DNA of 59,579 nucleotides, counting the filler. It is 5 parts of 5 records of this genome, joined end to end, with 100 filler letters (N's around TTAATTAATTAA, not from the genome) between each part and the next. Parts side by side here need not be neighbours in the genome. Positions count along the whole stretch, not along the records: positions 39,469 to 59,579 come from SRR31156797_17179; 4 more parts are not named here. One strand, written 5' to 3'. Numbering within the stretch: position 1 is the stretch's first letter; every line of letters begins with the position of its first letter. A program made the position numbers and the translations under genes. The notes under the pieces are model-generated. The model was given only the letters and a program-made list of their open reading frames with translations. It was not told the origin of the DNA and ran no database searches. Shown here in pieces: positions 59,002 through 59,579 of this stretch.

Positions 59002-59394
59002 TTAAATACCTAATTTGTGTTTCAGATTATTAATTTGCGTATCCCACAATTCAATAGCATCATCTTTATCATCATCATCTGCAAAGTCTGTAATAATAAG
59101 CGCAGTTTCACCTGTCAAATCATCTTTCCGAATTCTGAATTCGAAAAATGCGGAATCATCCTCCTCATCAAAATCTTCTTCCAACCATTGAAACTTAACA
59201 TGCTCCGGATTTTTACGCGATAGCATCTCTGCTTTTTGCTCTGCACCGTCCCATACAAATGTGTAAGTTTTTTCATTAACATACACATCATCAGCAAACC
59301 ATTCAGATAATCCACTGGCTGTGCTTAAGCGATTAAATAAAACTGTTGGGGAAGAATTGAAAGGATATTCCAAAGTATATTTGGTTTTTGACAT
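59002..59394 (-). CDS. START-like domain protein (Bacteroidota)
   Basis: STASGLSEWFADDV...F.WDG...ITDFA...LW; start ATG 59394. Confidence 0.85.
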   Translation of the reverse strand: MSKTKYTLEYPFNSSPTVLFNRLSTASGLSEWFADDVYVNEKTYTFVWDGAEQKAEMLSRKNPEHVKFQWLEEDFDEEDDSAFFEFRIRKDDLTGETALIITDFADDDDKDDAIELWDTQINNLKHKLGI

Positions 59395-59491
59395 AGCAGT
59401 AATGTATTTGTTTTCATGGCAATATAACAAAAATTATATTAATAATATAGTACAACATCAAAAATTATTATCACTTTTTTAGGGTTTAGTC

Positions 59492-59521
59492 TTGCATTTA
59501 GAAATTTGTTCTATATATTTG
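59492..59521 (+). promoter_or_regulatory. Bacteroidota housekeeping promoter of tRNA
   Basis: TTG (-33) ... TATATTTG (-7). Confidence 0.7.
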
Positions 59522-59542
59522 CACCCGCGTAAAAAAAACGAC

Positions 59543-59579
59543 GGCGAGTTAGCTCAGCTGGTTAGAGCGCATGATTCAT
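59543..59579 (+). tRNA. tRNA with CAT anticodon, probably elongator tRNA-Met (5' half; cut by window end)
   Basis: GGCGAGT-TA-GCTC-AGCTGGTTA-GAGC-G-CATGA-TT-CAT; G1 and absence of the GGG anticodon stem argue against initiator; Ile2 not excluded. Confidence 0.9.

Overview
The window is not one locus. It is five unrelated contigs joined by four identical artificial 100-nt spacers (44 N + TTAATTAATTAA + 44 N) at 10470-10569, 19060-19159, 25855-25954 and 39369-39468. (1) 1-10469, Desulfovibrionaceae-like: DASS transporter end, a two-domain gamma-carbonic-anhydrase-like protein, nhaB, a LurS/LurR-like two-component system, tag, and por with a sigma54 promoter. (2) 10570-19059, a very AT-rich diderm (possibly Fusobacteriota): AntA antirepressor, an unannotated 59-aa AbrB-like gene with an operator-overlapped promoter, a candidate antisense RNA of two cUACGg hairpins, small lipoproteins, a SAP-domain protein, a beta-propeller diguanylate cyclase, and an outer-membrane protein with a ~420-nt structured leader and a hairpin-split ribosome-binding site. 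(3) 19160-25854: tamB, Omp85, TPR lipoprotein, moxR. (4) 25955-39368, Clostridia-like: antiporter, nitroreductase pseudogene, ABC-F, Na/Pi cotransporter, CdaR-like regulator, amidohydrolase, FMN riboswitch-ribU-tsaE-tsaB-rimI, argS, phosphatase. (5) 39469-59579, Bacteroidota: rpsA, ugd, MATE, M16 peptidase, Cache-HAMP-GAF-PAS protein, ribBA, glycosyltransferases, LptF/G, START-like protein, partial tRNA(CAT). The most novel-looking elements are the AbrB-like/antisense RNA/AntA module and the OMP leader in contig 2, and the tandem gamma-CA in contig 1. All calls are by eye; no database searches or folding programs were run, and taxonomic assignments are inferences.
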